DNA of 27,354 nt, taken from NCBI GenBank assembly GCA_041586955.1, contig JBFGZE010000040.1, positions 1 to 27,354 on the forward strand, written 5' to 3'. Shown one piece after another: positions 9,855 through 19,174 of this stretch; the stretch's first letter is position 1, and every line of letters starts with the position of its first letter. The notes beneath the pieces were generated by a model. That model saw only the letters and a program-made list of their open reading frames with translations, was not told the origin of the DNA and made no database searches. The stretch is from Bacteriovoracaceae bacterium (lineage in GTDB: Bacteria > Bdellovibrionota > Bacteriovoracia > Bacteriovoracales > Bacteriovoracaceae). A program made the position numbers and the translations under genes.

Positions 9855-11216
9855 ATGTTAGGCGATATGAGTAGAAACTTTAAAATAGTTTTTAATGAGA
9901 ATGATGAAGCGAAGGATGAAAAGTCATCCCAAGCAAACACGTCTTCTCGTGAGAAAGGCCATTTGAAAGTTGTTACTCCTAAGGATGTTAGGGCCGCTCG
10001 TAAAAAAGAGGATTCTTGGTCATCATTTGATATGGAGTTTGAAGAAAAATCCAAGCAAGTGAATTTGAAAACTCCAAGCAAAGAAGAGATGTCCGCCCCC
10101 AACCAAACCTTCGTTAAAATTATAGAAAATGAAGGGCAGGTGACCAATATTGATCCAAAGGATCTTAAAGAAATTATCAAAACAAATAAAGGCATTAAGC
10201 AGGTCGTCGTTGAAAAAATTGGCGTTCAAGAAGCAAGTCGAATTTCTTTAAAGTATGCAAAAGAATCATCGGTGAAATCTTTAAAGGCCTCAGATAGACC
10301 TAAGCTTGGTATAGATAAACCGGCCTTAGATATTCGTGAGTTTGAAAAAGAGCTAAATGGTGAATTCTTGGGAATCTTTATTAACGGGCCAACCTTTGAT
10401 AATAAGAATACTGTTCTCGTTATCGACCAAGACCAAGACCAAGTTCAAAATCAAGACCAAGCTCAAGACAAAAAAACTAAAGAAAGTTTACAAGTTACAC
10501 CCTATAAAGCTTTCTCGTCAGAGGATGAAGATGCATCTTTAAAGGATGTTTCCTACACAAAACATACACTTAATAGAAAATCGAAAAACCATAATGGCCA
10601 TTATTATAGGGCGAAAAACCATGTTGAATTATTTAAAGTGGGGAATTCCTATCTCGATGATTTTCATAAGGGATTGAAGAGCTTTGCCTTTTCTTCGTTT
10701 GGTCTCGATGAAGATAGGGAAAAGTCTGTTTTTGGTGTGGCGGCCTTTTTTAATTATCACGCTCATGAAAAACTTTGTATTGTCGGTGAAAAAACAGATA
10801 AGGCCTTCTACTTCAATTTTGTAAAAAATTATAAAAGAAAAAAAATAAAATTAGATGATAATGTTACGCTCGATTATTACGAGTCCAAGGGCTTTGATTT
10901 TGTGGACTTTGCTGATTTCCGCTCCCTTGAAAAAAGATTAAGAAATACTGATTTTGAGGATGTACTCGATCTATTTATCGATCAATATGATATAATTTTA
11001 TGGGATATGCCCGAAATTTCAATACTAGACCATAATAAAGAAATTTACTTTCCTGTCATACGAACATTGGACAATGTTACATTTGTCGCGAGTTCTGGCG
11101 CTTCAAAAATTAAAGAATTAGATGAATTAAAAAATTATTATAAACGTTACCAAGTTGACCTCAAGGGGATTCTTTTTCGCACAGAAAAAAATACCAAGAA
11201 AAAGGAGGGCAAATGA
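9855..11216 (+). CDS. Protein with charged low-complexity N-half and C-terminal degenerate CpsD/CapB (BY-kinase/MinD-like) domain; start may be 9867
   Basis: C-half pattern KSFAFSS...LFIDQYDIILWDMP...LDNVTFVA...LKGILF follows the CpsD scaffold; Walker A not intact; paralogous to next gene. Confidence 0.6.
   Translation: MLGDMSRNFKIVFNENDEAKDEKSSQANTSSREKGHLKVVTPKDVRAARKKEDSWSSFDMEFEEKSKQVNLKTPSKEEMSAPNQTFVKIIENEGQVTNIDPKDLKEIIKTNKGIKQVVVEKIGVQEASRISLKYAKESSVKSLKASDRPKLGIDKPALDIREFEKELNGEFLGIFINGPTFDNKNTVLVIDQDQDQVQNQDQAQDKKTKESLQVTPYKAFSSEDEDASLKDVSYTKHTLNRKSKNHNGHYYRAKNHVELFKVGNSYLDDFHKGLKSFAFSSFGLDEDREKSVFGVAAFFNYHAHEKLCIVGEKTDKAFYFNFVKNYKRKKIKLDDNVTLDYYESKGFDFVDFADFRSLEKRLRNTDFEDVLDLFIDQYDIILWDMPEISILDHNKEIYFPVIRTLDNVTFVASSGASKIKELDELKNYYKRYQVDLKGILFRTEKNTKKKEGK
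10425..10469 (+). repeat. In-frame hexamer tandem repeat (GACCAA-type, 7.5 units) encoding DQDQDQVQNQDQAQD
   Basis: gaccaa gaccaa gaccaa gttcaa aatcaa gaccaa gctcaa gac. Confidence 0.85.
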
Positions 11217-12094
11217 GTAATTTGAAATTAAAAATTAATAGACAGGAAGAAAGTCTTAGTATCGATAATGAACTTGACCGCATCCTCGGACTTGAAAAGG
11301 AAGCGCCTAGTGACGTTGCAGATGGGCCATCTGAAAAAAAGGTTCGGCCAAATCATGGAAAACTAAAAAAAGTAGAACCTATCACTAAACTGAGTAAACA
11401 GTCTAAGAAAAAAGGCTCCCGTAAGGTTAATAAATATTTTTATAAAGTTTCTAATCATCATGAATTATTTAAAATTGGATCATCTTTTTACCATGATTAT
11501 TTAGAGGGAGTAAAATCATTTGCCATTACCTCGACCGGGTATCAAATGTCTCAGCAGACAAGTATTTTGGGTCTCGCCAGCTTTTTTGATCATAAAGAGC
11601 ATATCAAAATTGGAATTGTTTCCAATAATTTAGTTCAAGGTTCATTTAAAGAAATTATAGAGCTTAGTGAGAAGGAAAAAGTTCTCATTCATGGAGATCT
11701 TGCTGTCGATGTCCATAATTTTTATGACCATTTTCATTTTATTAATCTTAGAGATTTATTGAAAATCTCCAGTGATGGAGAGAGAGAGGAATATGACGAA
11801 GTCTTTGATTCCTTTGCAGACCAATTTGATATTGTTTTTTGGGATGTTCCCGATTTGGAAGAAATACAAAGAGAATCAGAGAAATATTTTCCCATGATTA
11901 TGAAGTTTGAAAGCTTATCGATAATAGTGTCGAAAAATGTTTCAAGTAGCAAGCATTTGGATGGAATTCGTAGTTTCTTCTTAGGTTACGGAATAAATTT
12001 AAAAGGTCTACTCTTGGAGACGCAAGAGGAAGTGAATGTGAAAGATGAGAAGGGGAAAGTTAAAAAAAGAAGTTGGTGGAGGATATTTGGATGA
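11213..12094 (+). CDS. Degenerate CpsD/CapB-like protein, paralogue of upstream gene
   Basis: NHHELFKIGSSF..DY..GVKSFAITST vs NHVELFKVGNSY..DF..GLKSFAFSS; FDIVFWDVP vs YDIILWDMP; LKGLLL vs LKGILF; AGGAGG RBS, overlapping start/stop. Confidence 0.65.
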   Translation: MSNLKLKINRQEESLSIDNELDRILGLEKEAPSDVADGPSEKKVRPNHGKLKKVEPITKLSKQSKKKGSRKVNKYFYKVSNHHELFKIGSSFYHDYLEGVKSFAITSTGYQMSQQTSILGLASFFDHKEHIKIGIVSNNLVQGSFKEIIELSEKEKVLIHGDLAVDVHNFYDHFHFINLRDLLKISSDGEREEYDEVFDSFADQFDIVFWDVPDLEEIQRESEKYFPMIMKFESLSIIVSKNVSSSKHLDGIRSFFLGYGINLKGLLLETQEEVNVKDEKGKVKKRSWWRIFG

Positions 12095-13590
12095 AAAAGC
12101 TAAATATTGTTTTTGATGAAATAACGATAATCAGTTTCCCTTTCCTTGGAAAACTTTTAAAGCGCTATTATATTCTTAGTCTTGCAGTTGTATTTTCTGT
12201 TCTCACATTCTTTTATTATTTTTATACTGCTCAAAATACAATTCATTCATTAGGAAAAGGTTTTAAAAATGTCCACGAGGAAGGTTCCTCACCGACTTCG
12301 GCCCTCAGTGCTGCAATTGGTGAAAAACCAACTTTTCTTTCTGAGCAGGAAGTTTTAGCGATTGTTAATGGAGTTGACTTTCGTTATAAGTTAGCATCTG
12401 TCCTCTATGAACACCCAGAGTTTCATAAGCTTAACTTTAATGGTATTGAGGCCAAGGGGCATAAATTAATAGGGGATTTTATTGGTCATTGTTCCAATGA
12501 TAAAAAATGTATTGTTTTAACACTTTCTCAGGCAATCAATGGGTTTGTGATTGTGACTCAGGATAAGAATGTTGAAAATCATTTTTCCACTGTCGTTCGC
12601 ACAAGAGATGAATTAACAACGAGTGTGATATTGGAATCTATGGAAAAGGTTTTAATTGATGTTCGTTTGGCCATGATTCGTTATAATATTGACCAACAAA
12701 TCGCGATGACGACGAGTTTAATTAAAGGTAAAAATAAAGAAATCAAAGACCTGAATTTGCTCTCGACTCGGGCTAATGTTAATAAGCTAAGAGAAGAGTT
12801 AAAATCGATTGATCGGGAAATTGCAGTTTATTCCCATAATTATTATTCTCAATTAGAGCAATTAAAAAATGCAAAGAGTATCTATGATGAGACAAAGCAG
12901 ACAGTTAATAGAAAAATAAGCTCTACAGTTCTAAAAGCAAGGAAACGTTCTGAACAATTGGCCGAAACAATTGCTTCACTTGAAGGTGACATACAAAGTC
13001 TCGAGGGGACGGGGAGAGCAGTTCGTGGCACTAATAAAGCAGTCTTAGCTTCCCTGAAGAAGAAACTGAAAGATTCGAGAAAAGAGTATAAAGAATATGC
13101 CAAGTATGATAAATCTCAAGGTCATTTTGATAACTTTCAGGATGGCAAAAACAAATCATATAATATGTCAGAATTTGATTATAAGGTTCTTCAGAAAAGC
13201 TTTAAAGAAACAAAGAAAACATTTGAAAATCTTACTAAAAAGAAAGAGGGACTCGTTAAAGAGTTAACTTCCCTTGGTCAAATACTAGAAGAAAATAAAT
13301 CGACTCTTGGTTATATGGAAGTTCTTCAGTCTAAATTGGTTCAGCTTAAGCTCGCCCAATCGACGATTGTTTCGGATATTGTTTTCGACAAATTTAACTT
13401 TGGGAAGCGAGCTTATAAAAAAGTTAATTTGACCCGAACTATTCTGTTCTTCTTTGCGGTTACTTTTTTTGGCCTTATCCTCGTATGCGCTATTCGTTAT
13501 CTTTTCGATGATAAAATCTATGATGTACGTGAATTACAAGAAAACTTCAAAGACCTAAAAATCATTGGTAATACACCAGATTTTAATTAA
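12091..13590 (+). CDS. Polysaccharide co-polymerase / chain-length determinant (Wzc/GumC-like) without fused kinase
   Basis: Two TM segments flanking a long coiled-coil; C-terminal YLFDDKIYDVRELQ..F.DL.IIGNTP matches the Wzc/CapA juxtamembrane motif. GGAGGA at 12078-12083 and ATGA overlap favour start 12091. Confidence 0.8.
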   Translation: MKKLNIVFDEITIISFPFLGKLLKRYYILSLAVVFSVLTFFYYFYTAQNTIHSLGKGFKNVHEEGSSPTSALSAAIGEKPTFLSEQEVLAIVNGVDFRYKLASVLYEHPEFHKLNFNGIEAKGHKLIGDFIGHCSNDKKCIVLTLSQAINGFVIVTQDKNVENHFSTVVRTRDELTTSVILESMEKVLIDVRLAMIRYNIDQQIAMTTSLIKGKNKEIKDLNLLSTRANVNKLREELKSIDREIAVYSHNYYSQLEQLKNAKSIYDETKQTVNRKISSTVLKARKRSEQLAETIASLEGDIQSLEGTGRAVRGTNKAVLASLKKKLKDSRKEYKEYAKYDKSQGHFDNFQDGKNKSYNMSEFDYKVLQKSFKETKKTFENLTKKKEGLVKELTSLGQILEENKSTLGYMEVLQSKLVQLKLAQSTIVSDIVFDKFNFGKRAYKKVNLTRTILFFFAVTFFGLILVCAIRYLFDDKIYDVRELQENFKDLKIIGNTPDFN

Positions 13591-13882
13591 TTTTTTTTTT
13601 TCTTTTACTTTTATATAAAAAGATAAGAGGAAGAACTGAGACTCCAATATCCTTAGCATGCTCCCGCCAATTGGCATTTAAAGTAAAAGAATCGTAATAT
13701 TCCTTGATAAAAACTAAACCTAATAGAATCGTAATGGATTGATATTTTTTCAATTTGAGGATTTTGTGACATGACAAAAGAATTATTGAACCGCCGATTA
13801 AATGGCAAATGATGTCCAATGGAATACCATAGTGTTTTGTTTTAGATATATACATCAGAAGGTTTTTAATCGCTAGGGGCAT
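13583..13882 (-). CDS. Small membrane protein (YfiM/VanZ-like D..H...KE..D...D pattern)
   Basis: DIICHLIGG, GLVFIKEYYD, EHAKDI between hydrophobic segments; -10 element upstream. Confidence 0.6.
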   Translation of the reverse strand: MPLAIKNLLMYISKTKHYGIPLDIICHLIGGSIILLSCHKILKLKKYQSITILLGLVFIKEYYDSFTLNANWREHAKDIGVSVLPLIFLYKSKRKKKIN

Positions 13883-13949
13883 ATCTAAATTCTAGCATAA
13901 AGGAGTTAAAAATACTTGATAATGTCGCAAGAGGCGATAGAATAATATT
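13883..13949. promoter_or_regulatory. Divergent sigma70-type promoters, each -10 hexamer 6 nt before an ATG
   Basis: + strand TTGATA (13916-13921) N16 TAGAAT (13938-13943) AATATT ATG; - strand TGcTAGAAT (13897-13889) TTAGAT ATG. Confidence 0.55.
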
Positions 13950-14495
13950 ATGAAAAAAGTCTTTATTTTTATAATAAGTTGGGTTTTATGGTCTACGCCT
14001 GTCTTGGCAAACAAGGCCAAGGACACGGAAGTTCCTTCTTTGAGCGAGATTGTCTTGCCTTCCGAAGTAAAAGGTCTTAGTAAAGCAGCTGGATCTGTTT
14101 TTTATAGTCCCTTTATTAAGGGAAAAGTTCTTGTTCCAGTGAACATTTGGGGTAGTGTTAAAAAATCAGGCCTTCATTTTGTGCCTATGGATACCAGTTT
14201 GATGAAAGGCCTTTCTCTTGCTGGTGGCGTTTTTTCAGAAAGTAAGTTGGATAATGTACGCCTGACTCGAAAAGAGGGGAGCGAGACTAAAAATTATTAT
14301 ATTGATTTCACTTCTTCATCTAAGGATATTGAGGCGCAAAACTTAAAGTTAAGGTCCGGGGATATTATTTTTGTCGATCGCGATTATTTTCGTGAAAATC
14401 GTGCCTATTATACATCTTTGATTGGTGTTTTTATCAGTATGCTTTCCGGTATCCTTATTTACCGTCAAGTTAAAAGGAATCAAAAAACTCCTTAA
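13950..14495 (+). CDS. SLBB-domain polysaccharide export (Wza/OPX-like) short protein
   Basis: Signal peptide; VNIWGSVKKSGLH...LMKGLSLAGG...NVRLTR...LRSGDIIFV SLBB pattern; C-terminal hydrophobic helix. Confidence 0.8.
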   Translation: MKKVFIFIISWVLWSTPVLANKAKDTEVPSLSEIVLPSEVKGLSKAAGSVFYSPFIKGKVLVPVNIWGSVKKSGLHFVPMDTSLMKGLSLAGGVFSESKLDNVRLTRKEGSETKNYYIDFTSSSKDIEAQNLKLRSGDIIFVDRDYFRENRAYYTSLIGVFISMLSGILIYRQVKRNQKTP

Positions 14496-15609
14496 ATGAT
14501 TCACCTGCTTTCTTCCAGCTAAATTGCTCGAAACATGCCTTTCGACTATTGGCATATTCCTTTCTCTGGTCAATTGTGAGAATTGGAACTTGTTTTATTT
14601 GGTAACTTTTTTGATCGGTATATAAATAAATTCCGGGGAGGCCCTTTAGGATTTCTGACGCCCCAACGTCCTTTTCTGTCGTACTAATATGCATACCGCT
14701 TGATGCCGCCTCAATTAAAACTAGGCCAAAGGGTTCGTACTGGGTTGGAAAAACAAAATGGTCACAGAGATTATAAAATTTGGGCAATTCTTTAGTGAAG
14801 TTTATTTCGGCGACGGTAATTTCCTCTGGCCATGTCCATTTACTGAAACTTTCAGGTTTGCCAATGATAATAATTTGGGGACTCTTTTCTTTGGCAAGGC
14901 GGTCTAAAACCACTCCCAGTCCTTTTCGCTCATAAGCACCCACAAAAAGATGAATTGGCCGCGAAGGATCAATTTTCTGCATTTGTGGATAGCGATCTTT
15001 TAATTGTTCAAAAAGAGTGATGCGATCAATATCGAGTACCGAGAACCTTTCAGTGTTCACTCCTGAATAAATGGTTTTGAGATTACTTTTAGGGATAGAG
15101 AAAGTTTCTTGCATATACTCTGATACGAACTTCGCCAGGCAGCTGAATTTCACTCCAGGCCTAGTGAAAACCTTTTTTTCCATATAGAGAAAATACCCAA
15201 ATAATACTTTTTTATAAAAGTGTACCCAGGCACTCATTTTTTTTTGAAAGAAAAAAGGTGCCCATTGATGGTGAACGAATTGAATATTAATAATGTCGGC
15301 AGATGGTGCCGCAATTCCAATCGATATTCGTTTAAAACCCTTTTGGAGGAAGATGTTTTGATAAATTAGGCAAAAGGCATGATAAAAAACTACTTTGAGT
15401 AGAAAGGGATAGAGGTTTGGAAAAGGAACCCTTATCCATTTTACCTTACCTTTAAGCTCAGGAAATAGTTTGTCGGGATGGTCGCATGTGTAGGCGATAA
15501 TTTTTACTGCATCGATTTCGCTTGAGGGGATCTTTTTAATCGTTTCAATCATGGCATGGCTATGGCCAATTTCTAAAAAAAAATCGTGAACAAATATTGC
15601 TAATTTCAT
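14470..15609 (-). CDS. Glycosyltransferase family 4 (GT-B)
   Basis: IYSGVNTERF, FVGAYERKG, FVFPTQYEPFGLVLIEAASSG (EX7E). Confidence 0.92.
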   Translation of the reverse strand: MKLAIFVHDFFLEIGHSHAMIETIKKIPSSEIDAVKIIAYTCDHPDKLFPELKGKVKWIRVPFPNLYPFLLKVVFYHAFCLIYQNIFLQKGFKRISIGIAAPSADIINIQFVHHQWAPFFFQKKMSAWVHFYKKVLFGYFLYMEKKVFTRPGVKFSCLAKFVSEYMQETFSIPKSNLKTIYSGVNTERFSVLDIDRITLFEQLKDRYPQMQKIDPSRPIHLFVGAYERKGLGVVLDRLAKEKSPQIIIIGKPESFSKWTWPEEITVAEINFTKELPKFYNLCDHFVFPTQYEPFGLVLIEAASSGMHISTTEKDVGASEILKGLPGIYLYTDQKSYQIKQVPILTIDQRKEYANSRKACFEQFSWKKAGESFKEFFDSF

Positions 15610-15726
15610 AATGATCTTGTCGTACTATTTTTGAGTAGTCATTACCCGATCAAAAAGATTCGGAAGAAAACACCAGTATTAAGAAAAGTTAATTTTATGA
15701 CGACAAGAATTAAGAATAAGAGGTTT

Positions 15727-16968
15727 ATGGATAACTTAATAAATAATAATCTTTTCCATGTTTTACTTTTGATGAGCTTTTGCTTGTCTTTGGTACTATA
15801 CATCATATTGTATTTTTCTGGACGAGCGGATATTCGACTTCTTAGAAAGTTAATATATATTCCGGCGCGTAAGTCCAATAGTGGCGCCATTCAACTGGGT
15901 GGTGCACCCTATGCTCTTACTATTTTCATAATTTTGGCCTGTGTTATCATCGGTAATGAAGAAATAATCTCCATGCGACCCTTTGAGTTATCACTTCTTA
16001 AAAAATGGGTTTTCGCTGCCGCGATCATTTTTGTCTATGGATATCTCGATGATAAATATGAATTAAGACCTATCGTGAAGTTAATCGGACAGGTTATTGC
16101 GGTCACATTTTTTGGAATATTCCAAAGTCAATTATTGATGCCGGAGTTTGCTTCTGTCGCATTTCTTGTTTGTTGTTTTTGGGGCCTAGGTGCCGTTAAT
16201 GGAACAAATTTACTTGATGGCCTCGACACGATGACGATAAAGCTTTCAGCGATAAGCTTTTCTTCATTAATTATAATGGGCCATATTTTTAATTACCCAT
16301 TTATAATGGAATTATCAGTGTTATTTTTTATTCCTCTTGTTTCTTTTTATCTTTTTAATATGGAGCCTGCCAAAATTCATTTGGGCGAAATAGGTGGGAG
16401 TTTTATTGGTTTTGTTATTCTTCTTCAATGTTCTCTATTATTCGGTCATTTACACCAAACCGAGTCGGCCATTTTCTCAGCAGGCATTAGCTTAGTACCA
16501 CTTACTTTACCAATGTCAGAGCTAGCGGTCAGTTTTTTACGCCGTCTGGTGAATCGAAAATCACCTTTCAAGGGGGATAAGTTACATTCCCATCATATTC
16601 TAAAAAATTATTACCATTTAAGGGCCGCGCAAGCGGCCACATATTTATCTATTGCTTACGCTCTTATAATGGCGGTTACTTTAATTTTGGGTCATTTTGT
16701 TCACCCTTTTATTGCATTGATATGCCAATTTTCATTGCATTTATGTGCTTATATTATTTGTTGTGGGCGTTATTGGATGTCAGATGATTCAATCCAACTT
16801 AATCCAAAGTCATTGTTTGAGTATTTACGAAAAAAAGATGTCCTAATCATTGAGTCGAAGGCCATTGATGATTTTAAAATAACTATCTTGGCCGAAGGAG
16901 AAGAGCAAGATATTGAGATGGATAAAGATGATTCATCTATTAATGATGATAAGGAATCTGCCGCGTAA
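15727..16968 (+). CDS. WecA/TagO-like polyprenyl-phosphate HexNAc-1-phosphate transferase (MraY family)
   Basis: LGG, GYLDDKYEL, NGTNLLDGLD, FNMEPAKIHLGE.G, RR...SPFKGDKLHSHH; many TM helices. AAGAGG RBS favours ATG 15727 over the TTG at 15631. Confidence 0.88.
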   Translation: MDNLINNNLFHVLLLMSFCLSLVLYIILYFSGRADIRLLRKLIYIPARKSNSGAIQLGGAPYALTIFIILACVIIGNEEIISMRPFELSLLKKWVFAAAIIFVYGYLDDKYELRPIVKLIGQVIAVTFFGIFQSQLLMPEFASVAFLVCCFWGLGAVNGTNLLDGLDTMTIKLSAISFSSLIIMGHIFNYPFIMELSVLFFIPLVSFYLFNMEPAKIHLGEIGGSFIGFVILLQCSLLFGHLHQTESAIFSAGISLVPLTLPMSELAVSFLRRLVNRKSPFKGDKLHSHHILKNYYHLRAAQAATYLSIAYALIMAVTLILGHFVHPFIALICQFSLHLCAYIICCGRYWMSDDSIQLNPKSLFEYLRKKDVLIIESKAIDDFKITILAEGEEQDIEMDKDDSSINDDKESAA

Positions 16969-17009
16969 AACTTTTGTTAAATCTAAAAAGCGTATACAAT
17001 AAACATACT

Positions 17010-18017
17010 ATGCTTGGCCCAAAATCAATTCTTATTACAACACCTGATTACCCTCCTAAAAAAGGCGGACTTTCAACTTATACTTTAAATATTGAAAACA
17101 CTTTAAATGAAATGGGTTATTCCTGTGATCGTCTGGTTTGGAAATCTACAAAAGAGTTATTGAATACAAGATTTGAGAAAAAATATGACCTTATGTTGCA
17201 TATTCATTATATGGCCGGTTTTTTCCTCCAAAAATATGGACATAAACATATAAACTTTCTTCATGGCTCAGAAATTATGTTTACTTCCAAGAACATAGTC
17301 AATCGTCTTTTAAAAAAGATGATGAAAAGGCGAATGTTATCCTATTTAGAAGCATCCTATTTAAATGTTTTTATTTCTCAATTCACACTTCATAACATCG
17401 CTGAGATCGGCTTAAAATTAGACTATGGAAGGGATATAGTGCTTCATAATTGCATTGATCTCTATTCTAAAGAAATGGTTAAAAAGGCTTACCCTCAAGA
17501 TAATTGGAAACTTGTTTGTATCGCTCGAGATGTCCCTCATAAAAACTTAGATGGTGTTTTAGAGTTTGCGCATTGGTTAGGAGAAGTCTCAAAACGCCAA
17601 GTCACAGTTTGGATGAATGCAAAAAGAATTATGAAAAGTACTTGGGTAACTGTTAGAAGTCTTCCTCTTTTAGACGATTCTTCTCGTGATGAATTTTATA
17701 AAAAAGTACACTTTAACCTTTTATTCTCTCTTGATCATAGGGATAAAGGTTTTTATGAAGGTTTCGGGCTAACTCCTCTTGAAGCCGCTCAATGGGGAAC
17801 GCCCTCTTTAGTTTTTAATACTGGCGGTTTACCAGAATCAGTCCACCATGACTTTAATGGCTGGGTCTTTAAAAAGATGGATAAGCAACAAGTTCGCATA
17901 TTTGTTAGTCACCTGCGGCCAGAAATTTATGAAAAATGGTCAAATAATGCGTATCATCACTCTTGGCAATCGCATGGATTGGATCAATATAAAAAATTTT
18001 TAAAAAGGGTTTTATGA
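17010..18017 (+). CDS. Glycosyltransferase family 4
   Basis: TPDYPPKKGGLSTY, HGSE, EGFGLTPLEAAQWG.P, TGGLPESV; ATG 17010 preferred to TTG 16974. Confidence 0.9.
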   Translation: MLGPKSILITTPDYPPKKGGLSTYTLNIENTLNEMGYSCDRLVWKSTKELLNTRFEKKYDLMLHIHYMAGFFLQKYGHKHINFLHGSEIMFTSKNIVNRLLKKMMKRRMLSYLEASYLNVFISQFTLHNIAEIGLKLDYGRDIVLHNCIDLYSKEMVKKAYPQDNWKLVCIARDVPHKNLDGVLEFAHWLGEVSKRQVTVWMNAKRIMKSTWVTVRSLPLLDDSSRDEFYKKVHFNLLFSLDHRDKGFYEGFGLTPLEAAQWGTPSLVFNTGGLPESVHHDFNGWVFKKMDKQQVRIFVSHLRPEIYEKWSNNAYHHSWQSHGLDQYKKFLKRVL

Positions 18018-19174
18018 AGAAAAGAAGGATTCTTGTTCTTAATTCTCCTTATCTTGGAGGTGCTGAGCGAAGTGGAATTGTTCAAGCGGCCTTACTACAG
18101 AAAGAATTTGATATTTTCATTCCTGAGTTGATTCGCGGGGATGGCAAAGAAATAATTAACTTAATTAATAGTGAATTTAAAACCGATGTATGCATCAAAC
18201 GGTTTATTTATCCAAATGCTCTCTTCTCCATTAGTAGAGAGACACCTATTTTTAAAATGATCATCTCAGTTTTTCAAAGTATTTTTCAAATATTTGACCT
18301 CAGTAATGAAATCAATCTTAATCATCAAACGACTATTTGGGTAAATGGGAATAAGGCCGGTTTTCTATTTTTTATTTTGGCCTTGAAAAATAAGTTTAAA
18401 GGGACCTTTTACTGGCACTTTCGAGATTATCCTAGTCAAAGGCCCATTTGGTCTTGTATATGGCGTCTATTGGGCCTAAAGAGGTGCTTTGACCTTGTGC
18501 TCATTGGGAATTCAAAGTCTGTCTCCAAAAGTTTACACCAATTAAAAATTCATAACTCTTCAGTGCAAACCATTTATAACCCCTCTGGCCTGGCCGAAAA
18601 TAAAAAGTTTTCCAAAGGTATCCGCACTATTGGTTTGGCATCAATGTTTGCTCCTTGGAAGGGGATTCACTCTATTCTTTTATGGGTCGGCCTTTATGAA
18701 AAGGAATTACAAGAAATTGGTATTGAGAAAATTAATATTTATGGTGGACAGATCTATCAGACTAGCGGAGGTCATGCTCAATACGATAAGGCGCTCATCG
18801 ACTTAGTTGAAAAATTCAATATCAATATTGTCGAATTCAAAGGCCTTAAAGCACCATCTATAATTTTTGATGAAATTGATCTTTTGATTCATTACTCCCT
18901 TCGCCCGGAGCCATTTGGGCGTATTCTTTTGGAGGCCTTTTCTCGAGGAATACCTACCATCTCAACATCTCTAGGTGGTGCAAACGAATTAGTAGAAAAG
19001 GCCCATGCGCTTAAGGTGATTCCCTACGATTATGCGGGGCTATTTCACACAATTAAAAAACTCACAATTGAATTTCCCTCAACGGCAACTCTTATTTCAG
19101 AGAATGAATTGAAGGCATTTCGTTATTTCGAGGACTTAGCTGAGAAGCAATTGAAAAGGTGTTTTGTTGACTAA
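18014..19174 (+). CDS. Glycosyltransferase family 4
   Basis: LGGAERS, WHFRD, PWKG, PEPFGRILLEAFSRG.P; overlapping start/stop with upstream GT. Confidence 0.9.
   Translation: MKKRRILVLNSPYLGGAERSGIVQAALLQKEFDIFIPELIRGDGKEIINLINSEFKTDVCIKRFIYPNALFSISRETPIFKMIISVFQSIFQIFDLSNEINLNHQTTIWVNGNKAGFLFFILALKNKFKGTFYWHFRDYPSQRPIWSCIWRLLGLKRCFDLVLIGNSKSVSKSLHQLKIHNSSVQTIYNPSGLAENKKFSKGIRTIGLASMFAPWKGIHSILLWVGLYEKELQEIGIEKINIYGGQIYQTSGGHAQYDKALIDLVEKFNINIVEFKGLKAPSIIFDEIDLLIHYSLRPEPFGRILLEAFSRGIPTISTSLGGANELVEKAHALKVIPYDYAGLFHTIKKLTIEFPSTATLISENELKAFRYFEDLAEKQLKRCFVD

Noticed and set aside
13591..13601. T11 tract
   Set aside because: Encodes the terminal Lys run of the minus-strand ORF; slippage would change only the last residues.
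15237..15583. 9-nt A/T homopolymers in the GT4 gene (15237-15245, 15575-15583) as phase-variation switches
   Set aside because: Frame is intact and such tracts are frequent in this AT-rich sequence; no poly-G/C tracts seen.
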